Source of the DNA: the human T2T-CHM13v2.0 reference genome, Homo sapiens
DNA length: 64,000 bases
Direction: 5' to 3' (one strand)
NCBI RefSeq assembly: GCF_009914755.1
Contig: NC_060933.1
Positions 35,201 through 48,473 of the stretch are shown here, piece by piece. Numbering within the stretch: the stretch's first letter is position 1; each line of letters begins with the position of its first letter. Made by a program: the position numbers and the translations under genes. The notes beneath the pieces are model-generated. The model was not told the DNA's origin. It did no database searches and saw only the letters and a program-made list of their open reading frames with translations.

Positions 35201-36221
35201 ATACTCAAACTAGTTGTTCTAAAACTTAATGCTGTATAGAAAATACCTGGATCTGGGAAAGAGCCCAGGTATGTGCTTATTAAATTACAGCTTCAGGCAC
35301 TTTTAATGCCAATCACACAAGGACCACTTTGAGAACCAGTGGTCCCAGCCCCCTAGGTGGGCTACCTAAGCCTCAGTAGCCTTGACACTTCTATAGGGCA
35401 GTTGGGTAAAAAATGGGTCAGACTTGAGGGCCTCCAAGGGGCAGACTGATAGGTGAAGGCAGAGCTGCTCCGGCCACTGGACAATGGAAGGGTCAGCACT
35501 GGGAGCCAAGGTTAACTGGCCCTCTGAAGCCCCATCCACCTGCCCTGTGCAGCTTGCAGCTCACAGAGAAAGCTGGGCATTTTCTAATTGGTGGCACAGG
35601 GAGCTCTGGTGCTTGGATGGATAGGTACTGAGAGACATGGGTCAAAGCTAGAGGTCCAGATGGGGTGTTGGGATGAAGAGGCCACAGACATATGCAGAAT
35701 CTTAGGGTGGCCAGGGCACTCTTAGGCCCACCTGGCACTTGGGAAAGTGTGAAGGGATTGGGGACACACTGTGTCCCTACTGCCTCACCAGGGCATAGAT
35801 AGGGCCTTAGAAAATGGCAGGAGGAGCCCAGCAAGGACACCGTGTCCTCCTCAGTCCTGTGACCTCCCTTCCCGCAAACAGAGCTTGGGGACTTGCAAGT
35901 AATTTGGCGAGTGCAGCTATGAGGGCAGCCCAGAATAAAAATGGAACAGGGTCGGGGGGTTCCTAGGAGCCTGGATCCGCATCAGACCTCTGTAGCCGAT
36001 TTCTGGCTGTGTGACCTTGGGTTCGTGGTAAACATCTGGAGCCTCGGTTTCCCCCTGTGAATGCCAACCTTCTGGGCTGCTGTGAGGATGAGGGAGATTG
36101 CAGAGGGTGTCTGGAACAGGGCCTGGGGTGTGGACATAGGTGTGGTGCTAGTCTGCCTGAGCCCGACCAGGTAGGGGCTGCAGCGAGGCCAGCCCCACAC
36201 CCTCAGGGTGGGGCCACTCAC

Positions 36222-36376
36222 CCGTCCGTTGGTCTCGCCCTTCCACCAGCCCTGGTCTCCGCCGATGCGGCTGTAGATCCTCACCACGTCACCCTCCCGC
36301 AGCGAAAGCTCCCTCATATCTCGGGCGGCAAAGTTATACCTGGCCACAGCTGTGCCGATGACGCGGGGCGTGAACA
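36222..36376 (-). CDS. VAV2: VAV2 exon 29 (155 nt), C-terminal SH3
   Basis: (V)[29 protein letters not shown]...WWKGETNGR; caacag| and |GTGAGT. Confidence 0.97.
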
Positions 36377-37196
36377 CTGTTGAGGGAGATGGGCAGCATC
36401 ACACAGCTGCAGGAGGAGCCCAACCAGTGATCCAGGAGGCCCTTGGGCCAAGCTGGGTCTCTCCCCTGGTGCCCAGAACCCTGCTCTGTACCCAGAGAGG
36501 AAGGATGTCAAGCAGAAAGGCTCTGGAGGGACACACTGGCCTCCAATCCCAGGGCCCCTTGCCCTCTGGGTCTGGGGACACAGCACATCCAAGTCCCTGC
36601 AATGAGGATGTTCTTAGGGACAAGAGCAGGTGCCCAGGCTTTGACCATCATCATTCCAGTGGTCCCCCAAATCCAACCAGAAACCCAGTGGAACCAGCTT
36701 GGCCCAGATGCAGAATCCTGATAGACAGGTGACAATGACCATGGCTGAGGGCGAAACACACACAGCTGCTGGGAAGGGACTTTGACTCTGGCAGCCGAAA
36801 GCCATGAGGTCAAGGCTGACTGAAAACCCCTCCTCCCTGCACCCAAGTCCCACAGCTCCTCCTCGTGGCCACCTGCTTTCTGCTACCAGAGGCAAAGCTC
36901 TTGATGAACAAGGAGGAATGACAGTGGACGGGGCTGGGAAAGTGGCCATCAGGGTGGGCGTGTCCACAGGGGGTGGGTGGTGACAATGGCAGGGCCAAGC
37001 CTGACGTGTCCTCAGGTGCTCGCAGCAGCCTCTGCCCGGCCTCCCCAGCCCCTTTCTCCCCTCCACCCAGTGCCAGACTGCGGACAACTGTGGCCACGTC
37101 AGGCAGGGCTGTGGGGCCAGTGGGCAGCTCCGTGCTGGGTCTCCCAAGGCAGCTGCCACAGGCCCGGTCCCCCCACGCCCTGGGGAGCAGCGGTAC

Positions 37197-37283
37197 CTGA
37201 CCAGAAGGGAGCGGAGGGGCCCTGAGAAGCAAAGCTGAGGCCCTGAGGACTGAGAAAAGAAAAGTTGTAGGAAGCACAGGAAG
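37197..37283 (-). CDS. VAV2: VAV2 exon 28 (87 nt, alternative cassette), SH2-SH3 linker insert
   Basis: (A)[28 protein letters not shown]; ctctttgcag| and G|GTACCG; symmetric phase 1-1. Confidence 0.9.
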
Positions 37284-38157
37284 CTGCAAAGAGGCGAGAG
37301 AGAACGTGAGGCGGGCAGCAGGGCATCCACGCACAGTCACGGTGGGCACAGCTACAGGCCGGGGGGCATGGGGTGGGGCAGGCCCTTTGGCAGGAGAGGC
37401 CCTACAGGGGGGCAAAGGAGGCAGGGGGCAGCACGGGTTGTCAAGCCCCACCCAGGCACAGGTGCCACTCGGCCACACCTGAGCTACCCTGGAACCACTC
37501 TATGCACCCGTGTACTCGAGAGCAAATTGGGACCACCTCCTCTCATGCCCTCGCCTGGCACATAGCAGGTGCTCACTAAGGCCAGCTGTTCCTCTCCTGT
37601 CCAGCTCGGCCTGTGTGAGACCCATGGCCCTGCAGGACCCTGCAGGCTGGAGGACGTGGGGTGACTCTGGAGAGAGTCCTGAGCGGGAAGCCGCATGCTC
37701 GGGGCCTGCCCCTGCCCCTGATTCCGTGTGGCCTTCCCTGTTCTGAGCTGTGGAGTCCAACCTGCAAACAGGCTGCCTCTCACAGAGGAGGCCCAGGGGC
37801 TGGGCACAGGGAGGGATCTGGGAACAGGTGGGCCTGCCCTTTTCTCTCCCACCTGTGACAGCTCCATGCGCAGGGGTCTCTGCCTGGACCTGGCCCCTCC
37901 AACCCCCACTGGTCTCTGGGTGAAGAAGCCAAGACACAGAGTAGCAATTCTGAGCAGGTGCAGAGTCCCCGCCTGTCACATGGCCCAGGAGATGCCACAT
38001 GACAGCATCTGCGATGGCTGGGGGAGGGGCGGGGGCTGTGTTCCCCAGGGTGGGACTCCTGGTCTGAGTCTGTGAGGGCAGGATCTGAGCCCTGGGAAGT
38101 GGGCCAGGGCAGACCCCTCCGAGGAGTGCTGGTGTGCCGGCTGGGCCGGGGCGTTAC

Positions 38158-38281
38158 CTGGGGACCGGCTGGAGGCCCTGGAGGCCGAACGTTCCCGGGA
38201 CTTGTAGGGGTACTTGAGTGTGGTGTCCAGCTGCTTGAAGCTCTCCTTCAGTGAGTGGCACTGGTAGTACTCCACCAACTC
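38158..38281 (-). CDS. VAV2: VAV2 exon 27 (124 nt), SH2 C-terminus
   Basis: [41 protein letters not shown]; ctgcag| and |GTAACG. Confidence 0.97.
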
Positions 38282-38759
38282 CTGCAGGGCGTACACACTC
38301 ACTGACAGCTGCTGCCACCTCCAGGAAGTCCTCCCCCAGTGACCTGGCCTCCCTCTCCCACCTCTTGGTTCATGTGGGGGAGACTAGCTTCCTGGACTCC
38401 TCAGAACTCCCCACATCCCGCCAGCCCATGGTGGGTGGTCAGTACCTCGAAGGTACCAGCAACTCCCCCAAATGTTTCTAGAAAAAATAATCTGCAAAAG
38501 ATGCCAAGACTGACCAGCACGGACGCTGACTGCAACAGCCTTTATAAAGGAAAGAATGGAAACACTCTGTACCCAGCACTTGGGGTAAGCTTCTAGAAAT
38601 AACAGGATCTCCAAGTGACAGAGAGCCATGCGGCCATCAGCCAGGGGAAGATTCATTAATGGTGAATGTTTGTGGCCTTGAAAAGTCGCCTAAAAATCAG
38701 CTGGGGCATTGCCAGCATTATTATTTATATAATAGAAACCAGACCCAAGCTGTGTGTAG

Positions 38760-39144
<385 letters not shown>

Positions 39145-39738
39145 GAGATTATGGATTTCTGCTTGACCTTGTGCTTTTCTGTGGCCATAGCGGGGAAGCT
39201 AAGAGCCTGGGGGCTCTACTCAGGAGTTCTCAATATATACAACTTTTGTAATTAAGAAAAGAAAATGTAGGCATAACTTTAAAATCATTTCAAGGACTAT
39301 GCCTCTAACTGCATTCTGGCTGGGACAGAGGGTGGGGGTGAGTCGGAGAAGAAGCTGTTTGAAGCCATACATGTGTAATGGGGCTACCCGGCCAGGCCCC
39401 AGCTGGAAGCCCCACTGGGCGTCAGTTTCTGCTCTCGCAGGAGGATGGGCATGAGAGGAATCTGGGGCTGCTGGTGGCCTGGGCTGCCCCTACCCCACCC
39501 CTGCACTGTTTACCAGGGTCAACCACCTTGCTCAGGCTTTGGGGGTCAGAAGTCCCAATTCAGGAGGCTGGGACATAGCTCTAGCTGTCCTAGTGCCTTA
39601 AAAACCAATTCCCTAAATCTTGGCCACACTGGGAAGAATCAATCCTCACAGAAAACATGGCCACTCGCTCAGGGCCGGGAGGAAGCACCTGTCCCCTGTG
39701 GCTGGGGTGGGAGCCGGCCGGAGCCAGAAGTCACCTAC

Positions 39739-39826
39739 CAGGAGGCTGTCGAATTTCTTGGCCTCTGTGATGTGGATCCAGTTGTCCTTCTCCACCACCT
39801 TGATGTGCTTCACCTCATCATTGAAC
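39739..39826 (-). CDS. VAV2: VAV2 exon 26 (88 nt), SH2
   Basis: (K)[29 protein letters not shown]; gctcag| and |GTAGGT. Confidence 0.97.
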
Positions 39827-40515
39827 CTGAGCAAACACACGGCCCCGGCGGTCACCGCGTGAGGGCCACACGGCCCCGGCCCCCTTGGCAGCCAGGCTCA
39901 TTCTGTGTTTGCTGCAGCAAAGCCCCTCGTCCCTGGCCCCCAGGGCCACTCCCTGTCAGCCCTGTCCTACCCCAGCCCTTCGGGCCACCAGCCCCAGACA
40001 GCTCCTGCCACCTGCCTGCCTGCCCTCCTTGCTCGTTTGGGGCCCGGAACCCCTGGCTGCTCAGCTCCCCGCCTCTCCTGGCCTCTAGCCCTGCTGAGGC
40101 CTCCTGTCCTGGGCTTCTGCTCATTTGCTTTTCGGTACCAGGAGCCTCTCCTCCTCCCTGTGGAGCAGCCGGGCCCAGCCCTGACATCTCCTGACATCCT
40201 TCCCTGCATGTCCACTTGGCCGGCCAGGCCTCGGGCCTGCTCCTCAGAGGTGCCGAGCGCAAGCCTGTCTGGGCCTCGGCACCGGCTGCTGCCCCTGCCA
40301 GACACTAACCTCCTTCTGTCCTCAAGGCCCCCTTATGTCCTCACGTCTCAATTCAAATGTGACCTTACAGAGGAGCCCCCATATCCCTCCCCTGAATGCC
40401 ACCCACCCCCTTGCCAGACACAGACATCACAAGAAAACTACAGCCCAATGTCCCTAATGACTATGGATGCAGAAATCCTTAGCAAGCAGCTGGCAGACCA
40501 AATCTCTCTCCCATA

Positions 40516-41836
40516 CAGTCAGGCGGCGTTTAACCAGGGAGACCTGTCCTGAGAGATGCAGGCAGGTGCTTCCATCACTGTACGAACGCCACGGAGTGCA
40601 TTTATATAAGTCTGGATGGCATTGCCTACTGCACACCCCACACCTAGGCTGGACAGCAGAGCCTACTGCACACCCCACATGTAGGCTGGACGGCAGAGCC
40701 TACCACACACCCTATACCTAAGCTGAATGATGGAGCCTACTGCACGCCCCACAACTAGGCTGGACGGCAGAGCCTACTGCACACCCCACACCTAGGCTGG
40801 ACGGCAGAGCCTACTGCACACCCCACACCTAGGCTGGACGGCAGAGCCTACTGCACACCCCACAGCTAGGCTGGACGGCAGAGCCTACTGCACACCCCAC
40901 ACCTAGGCTGGACAGCAGAGCCTACTGCACACCCCACACCTAGGCTGGACGGCAGAGCCTACTGCACACCCCACACCTAGGCTGGACGGCAGAGCCTATT
41001 GCTCCCGGGCTACAGACCTACTGAATACTGTAGGCAGTTGTAACATGAGGTCAGCCTAGAAAAGGTATGGTAAAAACACAGTAGAAAAGATAAAAAACAG
41101 GACAGCTGTATGGGGTGCTTATCATGACTGGAGCTTGCAGGACTGGAAGTTGCTCTGGGTGAGCTGGAGAGTGGTGAGTAAATGTGAAGGCCTAGGACAT
41201 TGCTGTGCACCACTGTAGACTTTATCAACGCTGGACACTGAGGCTACACTACATTTATTTTTAAAACATTCTTTCTTCAATCGTAAATTAACTTTATAAA
41301 CTTCTTAATTTTTGTTAACTTTTTGAAGCTTGGGTAATAATACTTAGCTTAAAACACAAACATATTACACAGCTGTACAAAGATATTTTATTCTTTGTAT
41401 CCTTATTCTATAAGCTTTCCTGTTTTTTTTCTTTGTTGTTGTTGTTTTTACTCCTAAGACAACAATGCCTTCTTCTAGAATGTCTCCTGAAGGACGTGCC
41501 TGAGGCTGTTTTACAATTAAGTATTTTTTTGCTGCGTAGAAGGAGTATGCTCTAAAATAAAAAGCACTGTATAGTGAATCCATAAACCAGTAACACATTC
41601 ATGTATTACGATGATCACATACTATGTATGTGCAGAATTGTTTGTCCTATGCTTCTATATGACTGGCAGCACTGTAGGTTTGTTTACACCAGCATAACCA
41701 CACTCACATGAGTAATGGGCTGCGCTATGATGTCACCAGGCCATGGGAACATTTCAGCTCCATTATAATCTTACGGGACCACCACCACATATGGGGTCCC
41801 TCACAGACTGGAATGTCATTATGTGGCCGATGACTG
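40516..41836. mobile_element. Tigger3b-like (TcMar) DNA transposon inserted into an old L1 fragment
   Basis: TA|CAGTCA...TGACTG|TA termini; internal ggagcttgcaggactggaagttgctctgggtgag and cagctccattataatcttacgggaccacc; L1 ORF2 text on both flanks (~40420-40510, ~41850-41960). Confidence 0.85.
40624..40999. repeat. 37-bp minisatellite, 10 units plus a partial (GCCTACTGCACACCCCACACCTAGGCTGGACGGCAGA)
   Basis: Units start at 40624, 40661, 40698 ... 40957, 40994. Confidence 0.95.
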
Positions 41837-42714
41837 TATTTATCTACATAAACCAGACACATAGCAAGGACTCCACACCACAACCCAGTGGGACATTCCA
41901 GGAATGCAAGGTTGGTTTAACATCTGGAAATCAGCTAATGTAATAAACAGTCATTAAACAAATGGTGGCCTGGCTGCCTGGTCCTCTGTGAGGCCTTCAT
42001 ACAGCACCCATCTTGTTTCTCCCTGGATTTAATGTGCACCATGAGTGTGTGCGCCCTACCCCCAGCTCCTGGTCGGCAAGGCCCATCTTAGCCTCCTGCA
42101 GGCCAGGCACACAGAAGGCTTTCTGAGAATTTCTTTCAGGTGGGCAATGTCCCACCAGCTCAGTGCTTGGTGGGCTCCAGCCCATCAGGGTCGGTCTCCT
42201 GGAGAGTTAACTGCAGCCCCACAAGGAGGCGGCTCCCAGGGAGAGGGCATAGGGCAGGAGGATGCCCAGACTGTGCCAAAGCCGCAAGGCAGCAGTAGTC
42301 ACAGGAGACACCCTCCTAGGCCCCTGGCTGCCTCAGAGCAGCACGACAGGTCCACTCTCTCAACCTGTGGGGCTGCTGGGAAATCCCTGAGCTCACACAG
42401 GATCTCACCCACCCACTTGTACCTGAGCTTATCTGGTTCCCATGACCCAGAAATGTCCAACCCAGCCCACAGGGCAGCCAGGAGTGATGTAAGCATGGAC
42501 CATCTGTGCATGCCAGGGGTTCAGGCCCTGCCCAGCACACCTGTAGAGACCCCCTGACCCCTCAGCACCGCTTTCATCTCAATAATGTCCTCACTTGGCA
42601 ACAGATGACATGTCCACCCCAACCCCACGAGCTCAGGACGTGGAGAGGATGGTGCTCTCCACTTCAGAACGGCATTGGGGGATGGGTCTCCTCGAGCCCA
42701 GAGCCGCCACTTAC

Positions 42715-42831
42715 TTGATGCTTATTGCAAAGCGCTCAGCCTCGGCAGGCCGCTCCCTGATCAGGTAGGTCCCGCTGGCGTGGGACTTGAGCAGGTTGTC
42801 CGTCTGCTGCCTCTCCATGTTACCTGCAAAC
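42715..42831 (-). CDS. VAV2: VAV2 exon 25 (117 nt), SH2 N-terminus
   Basis: (W)[38 protein letters not shown](K); ctgtag| and |GTAAGT. Confidence 0.97.
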
Positions 42832-43807
42832 CTACAGGAGGGGGCCGGGAGGAAACGAGAGCCGCAGTGAGGACAGTGTCTGAAGGGTGCCCAGCCCTCC
42901 GTGCGTGGCAGGCCACATGAAGTACTCTGCAGTCCTCATCTGAGAGCTCATCTCCTAATGAACCCAAGAGAACAGGCTGGGTCCCTATGAGCGGGGCACC
43001 ACTGTGGATGGGGTCTGGCATCTGACCCTTCCTACAGTGGGATACAGTGAGGCTCAGGACAGATCTTGAGAGGGGTTAAATAGAGGGGTGACTGTGGCCG
43101 CCAGCCAGTCCCACATGCTGTCTTCTGCTCTACAGACCCCAAGGGCCTGCCAGAGGAGTTCAGCGTATTCAGTAGATCCAATTTCTTTCCTAAAATATAT
43201 TTTCACTATTTCAAAAGCAGTAAAGGCATAACTGCTTATGTGGATTTTTTTGGTAACACATTGGAGATTGCCAACATCCATGTCAGTTGAATTTTGAACA
43301 GATTTTGAAACGAAGCTCTTCCTGCCACCTGTACTGCAATGAAGCCCACCCTGAGAGGGCAAGGCAAGCTCTCTCCCAAAATCTGCTGCCACACTGTCAG
43401 GACAGTTGGGACTTCTGTGATTTCAAACAGCCTCACTGTTCCCACCAAGCAACTGTATTGTCAGTAAGTGGATTACACCTGTGACCTCAAATATACCACT
43501 TTTATATAGTGCAGATAAAATTCAAAAAGGGTTTAATTCCCTGAAATATCTGAGCCAGTTGAGCTGTTTTAGAGAGGGTTAACAGCTGCCTACAGGAGAA
43601 GGACTCCCCCAGGCTCCTGGAGAGTTATAGGCCAGGAGGGAGAAGGCATTTGGGAGCCACTGGGCTCAGTGCCCTGGAGATGGCAACAGGCAGCCTGGGG
43701 CCTCCACCCTGCTGGGCCGCTCACAGGCACCACCCAGACCCGGCGGGCATGCCCCCATAACAAAGAGGCCACCAGATGCCCATGTCTGCAGCCCACGATC
43801 CACTCAC

Positions 43808-43860
43808 CAGGGGTATGCAGTGTAGTCGATCTCCCGGGATGGCGGCCGGCTGATGGGCGG
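43808..43860 (-). CDS. VAV2: VAV2 exon 24 (53 nt)
   Basis: [17 protein letters not shown](W); caccag| and |GTGAGT. Confidence 0.95.
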
Positions 43861-45168
43861 CTGGTGGCAGAGCACAAGAGTGTTAACGGCCCCCCAGGGC
43901 CACTCACAGAGCAGGGCTCAGAGGGGGTCATTGTCAGTGACTGCCCTGTCCCCACATTGGCTGCCCTGGACGGGACTGTCTGTGGACTTAGCCCCAGCGC
44001 CCCTGGCCTGGGAGGTGCCCAAGGGTCGTGGCCAGGACAACCTCATCTCTGAGTAGATGCCCCGTGGGTCTGATGGAACAGATGTCGGCATAGCCACCAG
44101 CTAACACTGACTTGATCCCCTGGGACAGCAAGGACCGAAGGTGCGGGAAGTTTTCAGCCAGTGGATGTGAGACACCCACAGCCAAGCTCCCTGCTCCAGA
44201 GGTCTGGAAACCCCGGGGTGGGGGTCTGGTGGTGGCCACACTCAGGCAGGTGCTGCCGCTCCGGTGAGCAGGTAGGGCTCCCTCCCTGGCTACAGCCCCC
44301 CACCCTGGCCTCACTGGGCCACAGGCTGGGCACAGCCTCAGAGACTACCTCTTCCCTCGCACCCTATTCACCATGCAGATGGGGAAACTGAGGCCTGGGG
44401 AAGGGAAGGAACCTGCCCCAGGCCACCTAGTGAGTTTGTGACCCTTGTCCTCCCCTGCCGCCTGGTCCCCTTGGTCACGCAAAGTGCCCTAAGTGCTGAG
44501 CACCTGCCCTTTCAGCAGAGGTAGCACACAGGCGGACGGGACTGGGGCTGGGGTCGGGGAGCACCGGGGCTGCCGCAGTGGGGTTGGGAACCCACCCCTG
44601 CACCTTCAGAGGTTCCACGCTCTCACTCTGAGCTGTCCTTTCGGGGTGGAGGTGGGGTAACTCATTTACTCAAGGCTGCCTGCTGCCTTTCATCACAGAG
44701 CCGAGAATTCGCTCCATATCCCTCAGATGAAAGAAATACCATATTGCCTCTGTTTTAAATAGCATAAAGTCTAGCTTTGAATCCTTATGTTTGAGGGGAG
44801 CCTTTTTTTCTCTCTAAGGCTGCGCAATAGTCCAAGAGATCTTATAGAGTCCCCGAAATCTGGTGAAAGGCAGCTGGCTGGTCTTCACCCCATTACAGCT
44901 GCTGCAGAAATGCCTGTTTTGGTGTTTCTAAAACCACAACGAAACGACACCCGATCGGCTGAGCCCTTTAAACAGAGGAGAGCGTGCTGCCCCACAGCCC
45001 CCCACCCATCTTCTCTCTGGGCTCCAGCTCCAGGAAGCAGCTCACAGCAGCCTAAATTTAGCAAGGATGTCCTGAACAAGCCAAAAATGTCCACGTGAGG
45101 AGGCAGCTCCCAGAACCCTCAGCACCCAGGCCACCGTGCTCCAGAAGCTTCTGTGGGAAAGGACTCAC

Positions 45169-45243
45169 CCTTCCATCCACAGGGCAGGGCTTCACAGATG
45201 AGCTGGGGAAATACCCTGACTTCCTGGTTTGTACCAGACGACC
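45169..45243 (-). CDS. VAV2: VAV2 exon 23 (75 nt), N-SH3 second half
   Basis: [25 protein letters not shown]; ctgccag| and |GTGAGT. Confidence 0.96.
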
Positions 45244-46541
45244 CTGGCAGAGGAAAGAGATGGTTAGGACAAGGGGGCCGAGCCTGGCCTATGGGAGTGT
45301 GGGGCCATTTAGACGGACTCAGCGTATGCCAATCCCGCTCCTGGAGGGTGGGAGAGCCAATGTCTTCTTTCCCAACCTCAGCTGACCCGGCAGCCAGTTA
45401 GGGCAGGGAGGTGCAGGGCCTCCCACCCTAGACATGAGAGCACTAAGGCCTGGCACAGCACCAAAGCACCTCCACAAGGCCCCCCCAAGAAGCTGGCAGC
45501 CCTGGTCATACCCGGGGAGGGACAGAGCAGGACTGATACTCTGCACAGCTCAGATGGCCTTTTGCACCCTCTGAACCTCCTGTTACATGAATGTAGGGTC
45601 TGGTACAAGAAATCCATCACCGAGTATGGACTGATAATGACCATGACAAAATGACCACAGCATCATTGTAACCTGAACATTAACAAACATTCGGCTCTAA
45701 TGTCAGCTCCCGCGGGAAGCTACCTTGCTGGGCTAAGTGCCCTCGAGGCCCCGTGGCGCTCTGCTGACCTGTGGGTCTTGGGGCTCCCTTGAGCACTGGG
45801 GCTTGGTAGAGGGGCCGAGGACTGGGGGTCTGAGTCCTTGGCTCAGACGCCCGGGTGCCAGCATGCTCAACGACATGGGGTCTCAGCGTGTCAAGAGAAG
45901 GGCAAATGTGCCCAGAACCCTTTACAGCCCAGCCATCTGCTGAAGGTGGGGATGAACGCCCACAAAGGTCCCCGGGATGAACGCCCACAAAGGTCCCCAC
46001 TCTGTGGGCCTTGGAAACAGAGCAGCACATTCCTGGCTCAGAACCATAAACGACATCACGATGACAACATCTGTGCCCACCTGGGGAAGGAGCGAACCTG
46101 CCCGCTCACCCCACGATCATGCGAAGGTTGCTGGCCTGAACTGAGGTAGGGGTGGGGAGGAGGGTGGGCATGGCATGGCCAGGGCAGAAGCCTGAGGGCC
46201 TATGAGACACAACAGAGGCAGGAAGGACAGAGGACAATGGAGAAAGGCCTTGGGTGCCAGGGCAGGAGGGCCTCTCCCGGGAAGGGACGCTGCATCGCCT
46301 ACCATGTCAAAGCAAACACCCGGGGAGCCCAAGCTAAGGTTCCCAAGAACACATGCCATGGCGCAGAACGGGGCACTGAGGCAGGAGAGGCCTTGCTAGG
46401 CCCCCTGTGCCTCCTCCTCCCTGGTGGTCTCTCACCTCTCTGCCTCTGCCTGGGGATGTGCAGGACTTTATGCTTCTGCCCCAGGGAGCAGGGAGGAGCT
46501 GGAGCCGGGGACCCTCGACCCTCCCGGGCCCCAGGACCCAC

Positions 46542-46669
46542 CTCCCACCACGGAGACTCAGGGTCGCCCCTCAGCAGCTCAAGCACGTCGCCCGTCTGGA
46601 AGGTCAGCACAGGCTTCCCGGGAGGGGCTGGGTTGCCATGGTAATTCTGCATGGCCACCATCTTGGGAC
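46542..46669 (-). CDS. VAV2: VAV2 exon 22 (128 nt), N-SH3 first half
   Basis: (G)[42 protein letters not shown]; tttgcag| and |GTGGGT. Confidence 0.97.
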
Positions 46670-47697
46670 CTGCAAAGGATAGGACAGCTCACTCAGTGAC
46701 TCAGCAGCTCACTCGGTGACTGACTTGGCCCCGGCCCGCAGCCCACCCCATCACCAAGCTCGGCCTCCCCCAGCACACACAGCCTTGCGCCTGCATCTCC
46801 CTTCCCTAAATCCTTCCCATAAGCCTCATGTCTTTTTGATAAATATCATAATTATTTATGCAATAGACAGATTCAGGGGTCATCATGGAACAGCAACTTA
46901 TTTTCAGATGGCACTTTGTGTTTTCTTCCAAACACCCTTCAGATCTGTGGCCCACAGGCAGCTGTGCGGGGCAGAAGACGGGGGATCCCTCGTGTCAGAG
47001 ACGGGCGACGGGTCAGCAGGCCCAGCAGCTTGCCCAAGGCCACAGAGCTCACAGAGGTGCTCTGGGCCTGAAATGGGGGTCCTGGCTGTGCCTCCAGGGA
47101 ATGTGGAGGCTGCTCTTAGACAAGCCTTGCTCTGACCCAGCCCTGCCTGTAGCTCTCAAGGAGCCCATGGCTCTCCCAGCCCAGCTCCCGCCTGGCCCAG
47201 CAGCAGCAGCAGCATTTTTCATCTTTTGTCCTCTGCCGATGAGGGTGAGGCTGTACTGAGCACTGCCTGGACTGCACTCAAGTTTGCAGAGAACACGATG
47301 CTTTTTACGCTGTGTCTAGAAGCACGTTTCCATTAAGCAACCCGCAGCAAGGCAGGAAGGGGATGGAGAACGTGGTGGGAGAACAGCAGCGCCTTTTGAT
47401 CTCAGGTCTCTGGCTGCAGTTCGGTGGCCCTCCCTGGCTAGAAGGCCCTTGCTCCTCTGCAGGCTGGGTCCTGTCCCTACAGCCTGGTGCTGCCTTATCA
47501 GAAACAGAGCCACCTCCCAAGGAGGTGCCATAGAGGCCAGAGAGGCAAGAGGGAGGGGGCCCAGATGGCAGCATCCAGGAGCCTGGAGCGTCTGGTGGCT
47601 GGGCAGACCTGGCCATCACCACACCTAGGCCCTGGCTCAGCTCCCAGGTGATGGCTGACATGGGTGATAGCAGAGGGCCCAGGTCCAGAAGACTCAC

Positions 47698-47719
47698 CTG
47701 GTCCCGCTCCGGAGGCGTC
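47698..47719 (-). CDS. VAV2: VAV2 exon 21 (22-nt microexon): DASGAGP(G)
   Basis: ctcacag|GACGCCTCCGGAGCGGGACCAG|GTGAGT; phase 0 to 1. Confidence 0.92.
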
Positions 47720-48473
47720 CTGTGAGGACAAGGACAGAACACAGAGATGAGGGAAGGCTGCTCTTTGACTGTGGCCCATGCATCAACGCACCCCGCCCTC
47801 CCTGTCCCCACTAGTTCCTAGATAGAGGGGTCAAGGCAGGAGCAGGGGAGGAGAGGGACACTGTTCCCTATGGGACGCCCCCACCCTGGCAATATATTTC
47901 ACCTCTGTGCACCTCCACTCCTGGAAGGTCTGTGCCCTTCTCTCTCCCACTCCTTACCACGGGCCCCCACCTCCTCCAGGAAGCCTGCCCTGACCACCTG
48001 CTCTGAGCCTGGGCTTTGTGGTGTCCATCTGGGACACACAGTGCCAAATACGACTAAGTTTCCATCCTCCATGGAGGCTGGTTCATGTGGACCCCATAGC
48101 TCGAGGGGCACACGAAGCCCCTGGAAGTGACTCCATCCCCACATCAGCTAAACAGAGGGCTCTGAGCCAACTGGGGGACTCGGGGGCAGGAGGGCTGGTG
48201 CAGGTCCCAGAGCTGTACCCATAGCCGCGAGCAGCCACTGGGCAAGGGAATGAGGCGGGCAGCTGGGATCGGAAGACACCGCTGGGGCCCCTAGGAGGAC
48301 TCTAATGACACCCACCAAGGAAAGCAGAGGCATCTTGTGACCAAAAGTGGCTCATCCAAGCCGGTGTGGCCCCATGAGTGGTGAAAGGCAGACAATTGGG
48401 TCTTTCTGGCTCTGCGCACACAGGGATGTGGCGGGGGTGGGGCAGAGGGAGGGGAAACACTCTGGGGACTTAC

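Noticed and set aside
40624-40999. 37-bp repeat array with internal palindrome resembling CRISPR
   Set aside because: Units are head-to-tail with no unique spacers, there are no cas genes, and it lies in a primate intron inside a Tigger element.
43170-43600. AT-richer intronic patch that might be a conserved element or hidden exon
   Set aside because: Exons 24 and 25 already join in phase (TG|G = Trp); no convincing splice pair or repeat identity, and conservation cannot be assessed here.
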